From Camelus ferus (taxonomy: Eukaryota): 64,000 bases of DNA. Below the pieces are notes generated by a model that ran no database searches, was not told the DNA's origin, and saw only the letters and a program-made list of their open reading frames with translations. Positions 38,051 through 51,400 of the stretch are shown in pieces. A program made the position numbers and the translations under genes. The stretch covers positions 75,394,001 through 75,458,000 of the forward strand of contig NC_045697.1 in NCBI RefSeq assembly GCF_009834535.1, given 5' to 3'. Position 1 is the stretch's first letter; each line of letters begins with the position of its first letter.

Positions 38051-39699
38051 TCTATCTCTCTCCCCTGGACACCTTAATGAGCATCTACTACATGCACAGT
38101 ACTCTGCCACTTGCCAAGGTGATATAAGATCAGGTAGAAATAGACCTTGCTGTTAAGATGTTTACTATGGGGAGAAAAGACTTGAATATTATAAGCAAAA
38201 GAAATCGATGAATAACTTTTAACATAACAATAAGGATCAGAACCAAGACTATCACTTGTAACTGTTTCAGAAACTTTCTCACTCATAGTAAACAGAAATT
38301 AGAATTTGATGGTTTGTGACACACACACTGGAAAACATGCCCAAACCCTACGCTTCCTTCAAGGCCATTTCAAGACTTTCTCTTCTGGCAAGTTACCAGT
38401 GACCAACCTCACTCCCACCATAGTCTTTCTGTTATTCTGAATTTTCTGAGTATTCAAAGCTTCAGACTAACCTCCCACCACCACTAACCTAATCAAATAA
38501 TGCCTTAGAATTATATTTTTAGATGGTTAATATATGAAACTTATATCACTCTAAAAATTACAGAAACAATGACAATAAAATCATCTCTCAAAATTCCTAC
38601 AATCCTCAGTACAGTGCAGAGCAGGCACGTGCACCCACTGAATAAATGGTGAACAGATGGACAATGGGTGCTCGTTTCTATCTTGATTTCTCAGTAAATG
38701 ACATGGAACTTAAGGAGCAAGGGAGAGAGAGAACCCATGATAAAAAGCACGTTGGCCTCGGCATTATTAAAATGTTTAATCAGATAGATCTGATGCCCCA
38801 AAATGAAGACCAGGAGCACAGGCAATTAGCACAATCTTGGCAGCAAGGAAAAAGTAAAAACAAACAAACAAAAACCTCACCCATTCTCCCACCCCTATGC
38901 TCTTACACACTTACATACTTGGAAGCAAGAGTCAATTTACTGGCACCCAATGCAAGCGCTTTCTGGAAATGATTATTCACAAATCCGCTTTTAGTCAAAG
39001 GTGTTAAAAAATGAGAGGAAGACCATCCAATTCTTAACTTTCTTTTTTGTGATGAACTGTTAAAAAGGGATAGGAGTGGACAGGAAAGGAGGTGGAAAGG
39101 GAAACAGACAGAAGAATTAGACTACAGGAGACCAAATAAAAAGTTCAAAGTGGAAAGCACTGCGAAGTAACAATTCATCATTCCTGATTTCCTCCTGGGT
39201 GTTGACTAACTGGACTGCCATCATTACCTGATGAGCGGCCAGCTCTGAAGAGCTCAGAGTATCCCTTTAAAGTCTTTGGACCTAGTCTCCAGTTCAAGGA
39301 TGCACAGCAAAGCCTCCACCATTATTATATGTTTACAAGGTTCTACTAAACCTGGTGAAAATGTCAGCTGACTGAATGTTCACTGCATCTTGGGAGCACA
39401 TCAGGGGAGTTCAGAAGAATGATACCACAGGCCAAAAGGAACTACACAAAAGACAGAAGTTGGAAGCTTATGAACTGTGCATTCTCTGAAGTCTTTTCTA
39501 AAACAGAAGGAAGTCGAGGGCATGCCTGTCTACACTTTACCAATATCCACTTAACTATGCAGAGTCACCTTAAAAATCTAAGTATTTTCTAGAGAACAAG
39601 CACCTCTCTAATGTGAATGCTACTAAGAGCTGGGTCTCTGTTTAAGCAGATAAACTAAGCCCAGGCATTCTCAGACTCTTCATCATTCTCATCTCTGCA

Positions 39700-40200
39700 G
39701 AACAGATCCCTTGGAACTTTCCACTTTTCTCTGAGGTTATTTGCCTCATCTCATTCTTCAAACTTCCCAGGAGCATCTTTGTAGCAGAGACTCCTAGTCA
39801 ATGTATAGATTTTCTTTCTCTTGACCTGACCTGCAGACTCCAGGTGTTTATATTTAATCATCTATTAGACATCCATTTTTTTTCATGTGTATCTCAAACC
39901 TAACATAAATGAAAAAGAAATCTTGATTCTCATTGGCCCCTGGCAACTCATTTCTCTACAAACTTCTCCAGCTCAGTAAATGCCAGCAATGTTCACCAAA
40001 CTGATCAAGGCTAGAGGCCCTGAGCTGTTCTTAATTTCCCTTTCTCGCACCTCTCTCACATCCTACTTGCCAGTTTTGTTGGCTTCACTTCTAAATATAC
40101 CCTGCTTTTTCTCTCTTTTCTCCATTTGCATGGCTACAACCCTAGTCTAAGCCACTGCTATGTCTCACTTGCACTACCACAAAAACTTCCTACTCATCTC
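39700..40200 (+). mobile_element. L2 fragment
   Basis: ctattagacatcca...atctcaaacctaacat...ctcagtaaatg...ccctagtctaagccac. Confidence 0.7.
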
Positions 40201-41544
40201 CCAGCTATTGTCATATTGTTGAGCAAATCAGAACTATTTGCCTGGTGGCCAAAATAAGCCAAAGTAAGTTATTATATTTACTTGTAAAATCATTGTACAT
40301 GCAGTAATGTGATCTACCTCCAAGTGGAGCAAACAATAATTACGTGAAGACGATCATAATTATAATAAATGACCTATATTTTATCAAGTTTTACAATGAT
40401 TTCATTATCCAAGTGAAAATCCACAGTTAATGGCTAAAAATGGAGCATATACCCTGCCAACACCAAGAAGCCACCATCACCTGCCACTTGAGCTACTACA
40501 AGTCGCCTCCTAAGTGGTTTCCTCATTTCCACTTTTGCCTCCACTGAAGTCTGTTGTTCACAAAGCTATTAAAATGAACTTTTTAAGACACAGATCTGAA
40601 TATATGACTCCTGCATTTAAAATCCACTCCCCATTCTCTCCATCTTCTTTAAAATAATAGCCCCCCCCCCAAGTGTTAGGAAGCACAAGGCTGCTCAGCA
40701 AGAGAACTGATCTCTCTGCTTCCTTGGCATGAAGGAGATGAAGCCGTATGACCACATTTGGGCTAATGGAAATGAGCAGAACTGGTGTGGATACAGCCTC
40801 CAAGTGATCCCTACGATGCAAATGCACTTACCCTGGGTTCCCTCTTTCCTCCTTCCTGTGGGTTCAAAATCAGTTACAATGGTGAGAATCTAGCAGGGAT
40901 CTAAACTGTATCATTCTCTGTGGAAAAATAGTTTATAACACATAATAGTCACTCAAGTATTTTTAAATGAATCATAGAGGAACAGAGTGTAAGATAGCCA
41001 TACATCCTCTTACACAGATAGTTGTTGGTGTCTGCTAGTAAATAATATAGTATTACTGCTTAGAAGGGTTCCACAAACATCACGAGAAAGGAAAAAGGCA
41101 GTGTATTCATGTTTAATGCCAAAAGGTCATAACTGAGGTTCTAATAATTATGGAAAATACAAAAAGAAACATCCATGCACTTCATGTCAATGAACCACGT
41201 CCAAAAGTCACACCAAGATGTGATGTGTGCTCTAGGTCAAGAATAAAGCACAGTAGAGTCAGGAAGCTGCTGTCAACTAGAATCCATATTCAAAAGTCTA
41301 CAAAATCAAAAAAGAAGGAAAGATTAAAGTAACAACAGGACATCATATACTCTTGGGCTCAAGTAATGTCCAGAGTAACAAAGTTAAGATAGAGAATATT
41401 ATTTTGCTTAGATCTTTTGAAGATAAAGGGTAATGTATTTTCTCACCTAAGGAAAATGTTAGGAGAAAATTGTCAGATTTCAGACAGAGCTGTACACAAA
41501 TGTTAAGATTATGTCATTGGAGATCTATTGTTCTCTCTCTGGAT

Positions 41545-42125
41545 TTTTTTAACTTTTTATTTTGAATTAAATTTAGACTGATAGAAAACTTAGTAGTTTA
41601 GACTTACAGAGAGTTCCTGTATGCCCTTTCCTTCTTTTAACATCTTACATAACCATTGCACAATTATCAAAGCTTAGAGTTCAACCTTGGTACAATCTTG
41701 TTGACTAAATTACAGACCTTATTCAAATTTCACCAGTTTTTTTCACTAATGTCCTTTTTCTATTCCAGGATCCTACCAGGATTCCACCTTGCATTAAGTT
41801 GTTATACCTCCTCAGCTTCCTCTGATCTGTAACAGTTCCTCGGTTTTCCAGGTTTCTCATGATGTTGACGTTTTTGAAGATAATTGGCAAGTTACTTTGT
41901 AGTGTTTCTCAATTTGGGTTCTTCTGACTTTTGTCTCTTATCAAAGGATTAATAGTGTAATAATGTCTTACTACTCGTGATGTTAATCTTGGTCAATTGA
42001 GTAAGCTGGTGTCTGCTGTGCTTCTCCATCGTGAAGTTACTGTCTTTCTCTTTGGAGGTAATAAATTTGTAGGAGATCAATTGAGACTATGCAAGTTCTG
42101 TCTCCCACAAATTTTGTGCATTAAT
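41545..42125 (-). mobile_element. L1MC-like 3' end
   Basis: ttttattttgaattaaatttagact...tacagaccttattcaaatttcaccagttttt...ttccaggatcc. Confidence 0.85.
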
Positions 42126-42304
42126 TTGAGTGAGATGCAAAATTTCAAGTAGAAAAAGAAATCCTCTTTTGGTAGTACACATGAAAAATCATAATCTAAA
42201 ATTTACTGAAAAAGGTGTGTATTGAGAAAACCATATTATACCAAAATAACGTTTAAAGATCATAATAGTATCTAACTATTGATTTTGCTTCATATGCTAT
42301 ACAT

Positions 42305-42477
42305 CAGTGGTTCTTACTCTTTTCTAAGCCATGGAACCCCTGGAGAATCTGGTGAAAGATAAGAGCCCACTCTCTCCCTTGAAAATTGCACATAGGCACA
42401 TGCTGACAATTCTGGGAATTCACAAACCATCAAATCTCACCCTTGATTCCTGAGGGTTCTCCAGGCTAAGTACTCCT
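42305..42477. mobile_element. hAT-Charlie-type MITE remnant
   Basis: cagtggttctta...gagaatctggtgaaag...aaaattgcacata...caggctaagtactcct, with degenerate TIRs. Confidence 0.6.
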
Positions 42478-44344
42478 TTCTTAATACCAAATAATAACTG
42501 TAAGTCAATTGCTTTTCAAAGGTCCATTTATATGCCCTTCCTTGATAATGTCCTTTCCTCAGTTTGTTATAGTAGAAAAGAGTGAGGGAAGGAAGGGAGG
42601 AAGGAAGAAGGGAGGAGAGGAAGGAAGGAAGGAGGAAGGACAGATAGGGGGTGAGATCGAGAGAGGAAGAGTGGGAAAAACAGTCATATTATTTCATGTT
42701 CCCATTACTTCTCTTGCCCAGAATAGAAAAAAAAATCTACTAAAAATGACCAACTTTTCTTAGTTTTTTTTTCTAGATTGCTTTTTAAGTTGGATCTTGA
42801 GATGTACTAGAAACTATTCATTTTACCCCATTCAGCTTTTCTTTCCTCCTTCATCCCATTCACACAACATTCCCCATAATTTTTCCTTTCTGAGTACATT
42901 GCTCCCTCAAAGATTTCATGTTTTTTTCAAATATATGTTCACAAGAGTTATGTACTAGAAAAAGAAGTATATTCCTCCAATTAAAAGATACAAGGAAGCT
43001 AGGAAGTTTTGATATCTACTTTTAAAAACAAATTTTCACCAGGATCCTAAGGCCACTTTGACCACTTTTCTATATAGTGTTTAAAGGCCTAAAAATATCT
43101 AAGGGTCTTTTTTCTTTTTCAAAACTGTTCTCTTTTGATGCAATTGACCCTATCCCATGACATTTCTGCAGCAAATGCGCACTAAGTATACTCAATGTCA
43201 TGAAACTCCTTTCTGTTTTACAATATGTTGGGATGCTGACTCAAACGTATTTCATTTGAAAAACTGAAAGAAAATTTCATAGACGATTTGCTTTGCACTG
43301 AGGAATTTGGGGAAGTCAGTCAGAAAGACAATGGGCTTTTTTTCATGGAGCTGTTTTGGGGTAAGAATCATGCCTTTCCTAGAAGGACTCTGCCACTCCC
43401 ACCTGAGGGAGCTCTGGGTGTTCTTCACTGCAACCACTTCTCATCCTAAGAGTCTTCGGGCCTAATCGTTGTTCCAGAAAATCTTTAGGCAAGTCTACTG
43501 CATTAGCCTTTTACATCCTGTAATTTGGAAAGATTCTTTTCAGCAAACCTAATTCAAATGAGTCCCACTGCTATGCCCAAAATACGAGTTTTTCATAAAA
43601 TACGGATGTAATAACAGACTCAAAGCACAAAAAGACAGCATTTATACAACCTATTAAGCCACAGTCAATGCCTTCCCTTTGTAAAGAGAAAAACTAATTG
43701 TATCCTCTTCTAATCAATACAGTAAGTCTTAGTAGTTTAAGCTCTGATGTTGACACATCAAGAATTTCCTCTCTGGTATGTTCAAAATCATGGAGAACAT
43801 TCTGATAATAAGAGTGGTCTTTGTGACTTCCCTTGATTTCTTACATTAATACCAAAGAAATAAAGAACGTATCTTTGGAGGCCTAAACTCCCCATTAATC
43901 TATGGAACATTTTAATTCATTGAATTTTTTAAATATAAAACACAAAAACAAATCTTCACTAAGCAATTCTGCACAAAAATCTTCTCAAAAGGAAAATTAT
44001 ATCTGCTTTAGTGATAACAGGAGGTTGGACATACACAGCTAGATAATGTACGGCCTGTTTCTCTACTCAGTAACAGTGTTTTTAATTTAAATTATATGAC
44101 AGTTATGGTACATGAATTAGACATGCCTTTAGCCATTTGCTTTCTGAGGTGGTTTTCTGGTATCCTGAAAAACTGATCATTCTTGAGAATAAACAAGAAA
44201 AAAAAATGGATTCCAATACTCCCCTCCCCATTTCAAAATCACATAGATCTGTCTTGACTCATATTCGCATTTTACTTTTCAACTTAAACAACTGCTTCTT
44301 TTCATCATGAGGGATGGAAATTTTAAAAATTAAGAAAGTTTCAG

Positions 44345-44579
44345 AGGAGGAATAAATTTGGAGTTTGAGATTTGTGGATACTAACTACTACATATAAAAT
44401 AGAGAAGCAACAAGGTCCTACTGTATAGCACAGGCAACTGTTTTCACTGTCTTGTAATAGCCTATAATGAAAAAGAATATGAAAAGGAATATATATATAT
44501 ATCTCACTATGCTGTACACCAGAAATTAACACAACCTTATAAATCAACTACACTTCAATAAAATAAATAAATACATAAA
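44345..44579 (+). mobile_element. Young 5'-truncated L1 3' UTR (cetartiodactyl/camelid type) with TSD
   Basis: 13-bp TSD aagaaagtttcag at 44332-44344 and 44580-44592; caacaaggtcctactgtatagcacagg; aataaa and A-rich tail. Confidence 0.92.
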
Positions 44580-45351
44580 AAGAAAGTTTCAGGTAATGAA
44601 TGAAAGCACATGTGAGCCACTGTTGGGAGTGGAGACACTGTATTACACTGTTACAATGCTTCACTGAACATAATTCTGAGATGGTTCAGCAACTTTAGTT
44701 TCCTTCTGCCCTTTGTCTTACAAGTGACACTAGAAAGCATATCACATGTTTGAGTTTAGAGCCAGGTTTGAAGAGGCTCTGCTCTCAAAGCATAAGAAAA
44801 GAGAAAAACTATTAAATTCCAGTGAATTGATTAGTCTATGGCTTAATTTCTTGGGACTGGGGAGAGAAAATAAAAATGGGAAAATTCTTAAGAGGCCCTT
44901 TGCAACTCACTAGGAATTTTCCAAACACAAATTCTCTACTTACTGTTACATAGCAAGAAAAGCATCAGAGGTTCTGGGAGGGCTCAAATTGTCACTGTCT
45001 TTTTAATTAATTAAGTCAGCATAAAAAAAATAAGGGGACTGAAAGAGGAGTTAGGAGATTTCTGTACTAATTAATTAACTGTATAACCATAAAAACAGAT
45101 GTTAGGATCTTCTTTGGATCTCTCTCTCTCTCCTTAATCTATAAAGTAAAGGAATCAGACTAGCTGATTTCTCAGGGCCTTTTCTAATTAATTCTTGTTT
45201 GATAATGATCACTCTTTCTAACGTATGAGAAGTTAAAGAGGACTCTACTTATGATTTCACAGGTAAGCCTTTAAAATGCATCAAACAGTTCCTCATCAGT
45301 AGCTCCCCACTTCATTCTAATGTCTCCTGCCATACTTTATCCATATCTTAC

Positions 45352-45372
45352 CTGGAGATACTCATAATCCAT
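45352..45372 (-). CDS. Candidate alternative first coding mini-exon segment MDYEYLQ
   Basis: Minus strand gagggATGGATTATGAGTATCTCCAG|gtaagat: strong Kozak context, strong phase-0 donor. Confidence 0.3.
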
Positions 45373-45899
45373 CCCTCATTCAAACAAAGTAAAAGGAAAA
45401 TCTCAGCAGGTTCTTAATAGCTTAGCACAGAACAGCAGTTGCATCTCCCAGAGACCTTAGAGAAAGTGACCAGACAGACAAAAAGCCAAAGACTTTGGTC
45501 CGTGCTTCCACTCTTCACTCGCCTTGGCAAGTTTTGAAAGCAGAACTTTGATAGTCTCTCTGGAAATGGCTGCTGAAATCAGTTCTCCTGCTGGCCTCTG
45601 TCCAGGCAGATGATAGAAAATATCATTTGAACTTGCACAGTGTCGATAGCATTTTGCTGAACCCTATGGACAGAGTCCAAACACATAAAATCTTTCTTCA
45701 AAGAGCTCATTGTGTACTTAGAGCAACTTGGACTTGAGGAGTGGGTTTCCTTCCATTCCTAGTGCTCTCTCAGAGATACAACCACTGACATCGTTCCTCC
45801 AACTAATAGTGTAATCGGGCAGTATAGACATACTTTACCACCACCATAGTTTAAACTCTTACTTACACTGGCGCCAAAATAAATAGGTTACCGAAACAA

Positions 45900-47030
45900 A
45901 ACAGATAGCCTGATTCAGTGTTTTAGTAACTGATAAAAGGGAGACATCCCAAACCAAGGGGGCAAAGATGGTATGCTTGACCAACAAAGTTAAGACAACT
46001 AGAGAGTTATTGGGAGGAAATCAATGTGTGATCAATTTAGTTTTTATCATACACTGAAATAATCTCTATGTGGATTAAAGAGTTAATTGCAAAAATTGTA
46101 TGCAGCAAAAAAAAAATATTGTTGAATGTAAGTTGATTTCTGCACAGGGAAGGCTCACTAAGCTTAAAAGCAATGGGGAAAGCACAATATAAAAGCTAAA
46201 TATATTTAATTACATAAATATTTTAAAGTTTGTGTGTCAATTAAACTGACCAGAATAAGAAGGTGAAAAACAAGCTAGGGAAAATATTCATAAAAAATAT
46301 CGGAGTTAATATATCATCCCCACATAAAGTGCCCAGAGAAATTGTTGCAACAAACACCAAAATCTCCATAAATAAACTGAAAAAGAACTATGAACAGATA
46401 ATGGACACACACACACAATACCACTATAACTGTCAGATTAGTAGAATTTTTTTCAGTGATAACACTCAGTTTTAGGGAAAATGTGAGGAAATCAGCACAT
46501 ACATCCTCATAACCTGGTGTTTAGAATGTAAAAGGCTGTAAAATTTCTAAGAATAGATGTGGCAATATATTTCAAAGACCTTAAAAATGCTCATACAGTT
46601 TGACTCCTAGAAATTTAGCCGAGGGAAATAAACTGACATGCGGACGAAGTTTAAGCACACAGAGAGATGCTTTACGCAGTGACAATTATAATGGCAAATA
46701 ATTAGTTAAGCAAAAGGAAACACTTTGAAAATCAAATAATAAATGATTAAATAAACTAAGGTTTACCTTGTGATCACTGTTTTGAATAGCATAAAAACTT
46801 TATGTTATAATGTTAACTGAAAAACTATAACAAGAATTGTGTAGGATATAAACTCAATTACACTGTATTATTTTATAAAGCGTAAGATAATTTTAGATAA
46901 AAACTATCCTAAAATGTTGAGTATCTGTCTTTAGTTGATAACACTATGAACATATTTTGTTTTTAATGCTTACTTTTTTATCTTTCATAATTTCAATAAG
47001 CATATATTATTTTGTAATAAAAATTAACTC
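45900..47030 (+). mobile_element. Old L1 (L1ME-like) ORF2 end and 3' UTR
   Basis: tggattaaagagttaa...gggaaaatattca...tggcaatatatttcaaagaccttaaaaatgctcatac. Confidence 0.75.
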
Positions 47031-47499
47031 AAAGTTAATTGGTATTGTTTGGGCAGGAAATTCTAGGCTCCCACGTACACAGAGAATAATTCAGCAGGGA
47101 GGGAGTGGGGGCGAGGCTCTGAACTGGCACCAAGTCTAGCCTCATAGTCTTTTTCCTCCCAGGGGAGGCATGGCTGGACGAAGGCCAGACCAGAAGACTG
47201 GGGCAGAGCCTCCCTTGCCTAGATTTTAGAACATTACTGCCTATAAATAATAGGAATATCTACCAGATATTTATTTATCTCATGAGTTTAAATTGTGGGA
47301 AATGCACAAGAGTATGGAGGAGCTCCAAATATCAACAACATGAATGTGAATATTTGAGGAGTTCAAAGCAGATGCTTTGGAAAACTTGAATATTTTATAA
47401 ATAAAATGTGCTGCTGGGAATTGCATTTGGCTGTATCTGAGTTGTCACATTACACACTCTCAGAAACATAGGGGGAAAAGGACCCAAGGATGATCTGTT

Positions 47500-47945
47500 C
47501 TCTGCTCTCTTCTCCCCCACATCTCTGACTACTCTGCCTCTGGCTGGCTGCTTTCAGCCTCACTGGTCTCCTTTCCTTTAGGTTGATCAGTCCTCCCACC
47601 TCAGGACCTTCACAGAGACTCTGTCCTTCATTACTAATGCTCCAGCCTCACACACTCCAATTAATCCCTCTGAAACCTTCTAATCTCCCTTCAGATAGCA
47701 CTTCTATAGAGAATCCCTTCCTGCACCCCTAAACTGGACAGGTCAGGTGTGTTTATTTATGCACTGAAATGGAATCTCTGTCCTTACCTGCTTAGCTCTA
47801 ACTGATTTGTAACCATATATTCAAGAGAGTATTAACAAATGGGTCTCTGCTTCAAAGACACTACAAACTCAATGTAGTCACAGATCTAAGTCTCTTTTGC
47901 TCATCACGGAATTTCAACACCTAGCACAGTACTGGCATACAGTAG
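47500..47945 (+). mobile_element. L2 3' fragment lacking its tail
   Basis: cctcccacctcaggaccttcac...cctagcacagtactggcatacagtag, then abrupt truncation. Confidence 0.7.
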
Positions 47946-48026
47946 AAAAAACTAATTCAGAAAGATACATGCATCCCAATGGTCGTAGCAGCACTATTTA
48001 CAATGGTCAAGACAGGGAAGCAACCC
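47946..48026 (+). mobile_element. Short internal fragment of a relatively young L1 ORF2 3' end
   Basis: aactaattcagaaagatacatgcatcccaatggtcgtagcagcactatttacaatggtcaagacagggaagcaaccc; no tail or TSD seen. Confidence 0.85.
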
Positions 48027-48649
48027 AATTTTACATTGGTATTTTCAATTCACATATCTCATGTCTGTTATGTTCTTTTACCACACCATAAACATAAAAC
48101 TCACTTTCAACATCAATATCTCATCTGTTCTATCCCACAATATATATCATCTCTCATATAATAATGACAAACTACTACTAATATATGATTACTGAAAACA
48201 GATATTAAAATATTTTGCTGTTATTTTGATCATGAGGACATATTCCATTAAGAAAATACAAGTTATTGTATTTTAAAGTCACTTAGAATCGTCCCTCTGT
48301 GTGTGCACCACCACACCACCATGCCATAGCAATGCCAACTGGATGCACAGTTTCAATTGTATCATTTTCTTTTTGATACTAAGGAGTCTGTAATTATTTA
48401 ATTTTATATTGTAACTATGTAAAATGTTAACATTGTTCCAAAGTCAAATGCTTAAAGTATATTCAAAGGAGTCCATCTCATCTCTGTCACCTCTAGCCTG
48501 TTCTCTCCCTCTTTATACCAAGCACCAGTTCTGCCTACTAAATGACTCACTAGGCACTCACATTCCTTTTTTTATGGCTTATTTTTCACTTTAAAATGTA
48601 ACCAATATAGTTTCCGTTTCTTAGATAAATAGTAACATGCCATACACAT

Positions 48650-51400
48650 TTTTCTCCATCTTTGTTTTTTCCTTTAACAACTGTATCCTGGACATCACTC
48701 ATAATACTGTATCAAGATTTTTACATTACTTCTTACAGTTGCATACTATTCCACTGTGCTGATAGAGGGCAGTTCCTTCCACCATGAACATTTAGATTAC
48801 TTCCAATCTTTTGGTATCATAAAGTATGTTGCAATTAATAGCCTTATGAACAAATCTTTTTGTGCTTTGCCAAAATGTTATAGGGATAGATTCTTAAAAG
48901 TGGGATGTTTGCAGCATCCAAAAGTAAATAAACATGTAATTTTGCTAAGCAATGCTAAATTTCCTTCCATAGTGGTTATGCCATTTTGTATTTGCATTAG
49001 CCTTGAAAAAAGAAAGTTGACAAAATTGAGTGATTGTCAGATAGGAAAAAGATGCCATCTCAGCCTTGTTTTATTTTGCATTCCTCCCATCATGAGCATC
49101 TTTTCACATAGTTTAGAGACATTTGCATTTTTTTCTTTTATCTGTTTGTATTTTCACTCATTTTTCTATAGTTTCACATCCATTTACTTTCATGTATTCT
49201 ATGTATATTTGGAATATTAACCCTGGTCTCTAACACAAGTTGCAAATATTGTTCCCAGTTTGTTACTTGTATATTTACTTACAGTATATTTTGCCATGCA
49301 AAAATCTAATGCAATCAAAAATTTCAACCTTCTCCTTTATTGCTTCTGGATTTTGAATCAATTAGGAAAGTTTTCTCATTCCTAAGATTTGTAGGAATTC
49401 ACCCATGTTTTATTTCAGAACTTTTATAACTTTTTGCTTTTTACACTTCATCTCTGATCCTTTTGGACTTTAGCTTCCTGCAAAGTGTAAAGAATGGATC
49501 TAATGTTATCGTTTCCCACACTGCTATCCCCAACACTACTTACAAAAAATTTCACCTTTTTCTATTTATTGAGATGTGGCTGACCTTTATGGTATACTTA
49601 ATTTCCTTATACAATTGGGTCAGTTGCTGAATTTTCTGTTTTATTCCACTGGTCAGTCTGTTTATTCATCTACTGTTAACAAACTGCCTTGATTGTATAT
49701 TCTTTATAGTATATAATTAATTTTAAAGCTGGCTAGCTGTGCCCCCTCTGCATATACAAACTTTCTCTTCTTTTTTAGTATTTTCCTGTCTATTTTTGTT
49801 TGTTTTCCTTCCAAATGAACTTCACAATCAATCCATCTAGCTATGGGAAAAAAATACTTCTTTAAAAATTGGCATTATATTAAACTAATAACCAGCTAGG
49901 GGTAGATAATGTCTTCAAGATATTGAATCTTCCTATCCAAGAATGGAGTATGTCTTTCTATTCAATTCTCAAAAACTTTTTAGTTTTTTTCATCTAAGTT
50001 TTGAACATTTCTTATGAAGTTCATACAAATGAATTTAATTTCCGTTTTGATATAAAATGAGATTTCTATTTTAGATGATGATTTTTTTGTGTATATGATG
50101 CCCACTGATTTTTGTATGTTAATTTAATAACCCATTATACTAAATTCTCAACTGTTTTTGATGGTTTTCTATTGTTTCTTTTATGATTTACAGATATATA
50201 ATCATTTGCTTTCCACATAGATATAATTTACCTTTTCCTTTCCAATTTCTGTGTCTCCAGTTGTTTTTCTCTTGAGTTATTTGCATTGGCTAATACTTCC
50301 AACCAGAGGGTGGGAAAGAGAGAGGGAGAGAAGATACAGAGAGAGAGACAGAGAAAGAATGTTCGTGTTAACCAAATATCCATCAGTTACTATTTTACTG
50401 AGTGCTTATAATATGAATGGATATTTAATGTTGTAAAATACCTTCTCTGAACATTTGCAGATGATCCTGATTTTTCTCCCTAATCTTCTTAATATGTTAT
50501 ATCAATTTAATGGAATTTCTAATAGGGAACCACTTGAAATTAAGGAACCATGTTGCAGTCCTGAAATTAATCCCAGCACTTGGTCATAATGCAGTTATTT
50601 TTCAAATGTGCTGTTGATTTCTATTTGCTAATATTTCACTTAAGATTTTTACATTATATTCATGAGTGACATTTTCCTGTACTTTTTTCTTTTTGGTACA
50701 ATCCTTGTCACCTTTGAGGATTAATGTTATAGTAGATTCAGAATATGAAATTAGAAGATTTCTTTCTTTTCTATATTCTCTGGCATACTTTAAATGCACT
50801 GGGGTTGTCGAATCATTAAAGGTTGGGTAGAATTTTTGTATGAAACCAACTTGACTAGGTGCACTTCTGTGGGAGAGCTTCATTACTTTTCTATTTCTTT
50901 ACTGGTTATTGCTCCGTTTATACTTAGCTGGGATCAGTTATGATAAGTTAGTATTTTAAATTAGTCACTTTTATCATGATTTTCAAATCTATTTGCATAC
51001 AGTTGGGTAAAGTAGAATTTTTTAATTGCTTGGTTTCATATTGTTCTTTTTGACTTCTAAAGTTGTGTGTTTGTTCTCCCTCCTTTCATCTCTTTTTTGT
51101 TATGCTAGGTAACAGTTTGTCAATTTTGATATTGAAATAGCTTGATGTTATTTTAGAACTATTTTTTGTTTTCTATCTCATTAATTTCTGGTTTTATTTA
51201 TATCAATTCCTACTTTATGCTTTCTTTTGATTAATGTTTTTCAAGCTTTTTAAATTGGGTATTTAATTCATTTATTTTGATTTTTTATTGATATATAGCT
51301 ATTTAATGCTATAAATTTTCCTGATAACTGATTCAATCATACTCCACAGATTGTTTCTTCTTTTCATTATGGTTTTTTTTTTTGACAATTCTGTGATTTT
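48650..51400 (-). mobile_element. Old L1 (L1ME-like), ~2.7 kb of ORF2 plus 3' UTR
   Basis: T-rich strand with ttgaatcttcctatccaagaa, ctgatttttgtatgttaattt, ttggtcataatg, tttgctaatattt. Confidence 0.88.
50602..50883 (-). pseudogene. Decayed L1 ORF2p reverse-transcriptase-domain segment
   Basis: APSQVGFIQKFYPTF...SYSESTITLILKGDKDCTKK...NVKILSEILANRNQQHI aligns with L1 ORF2p SPGPDGFTGEFYQTF...SFYEASITLIPKPDKDTTKK...DAKILNKILANRIQQHI. Confidence 0.9.

Noticed and set aside
48756..49220. Longest ORF (154 aa)
   Set aside because: Antisense reading of a decayed L1; non-ATG start
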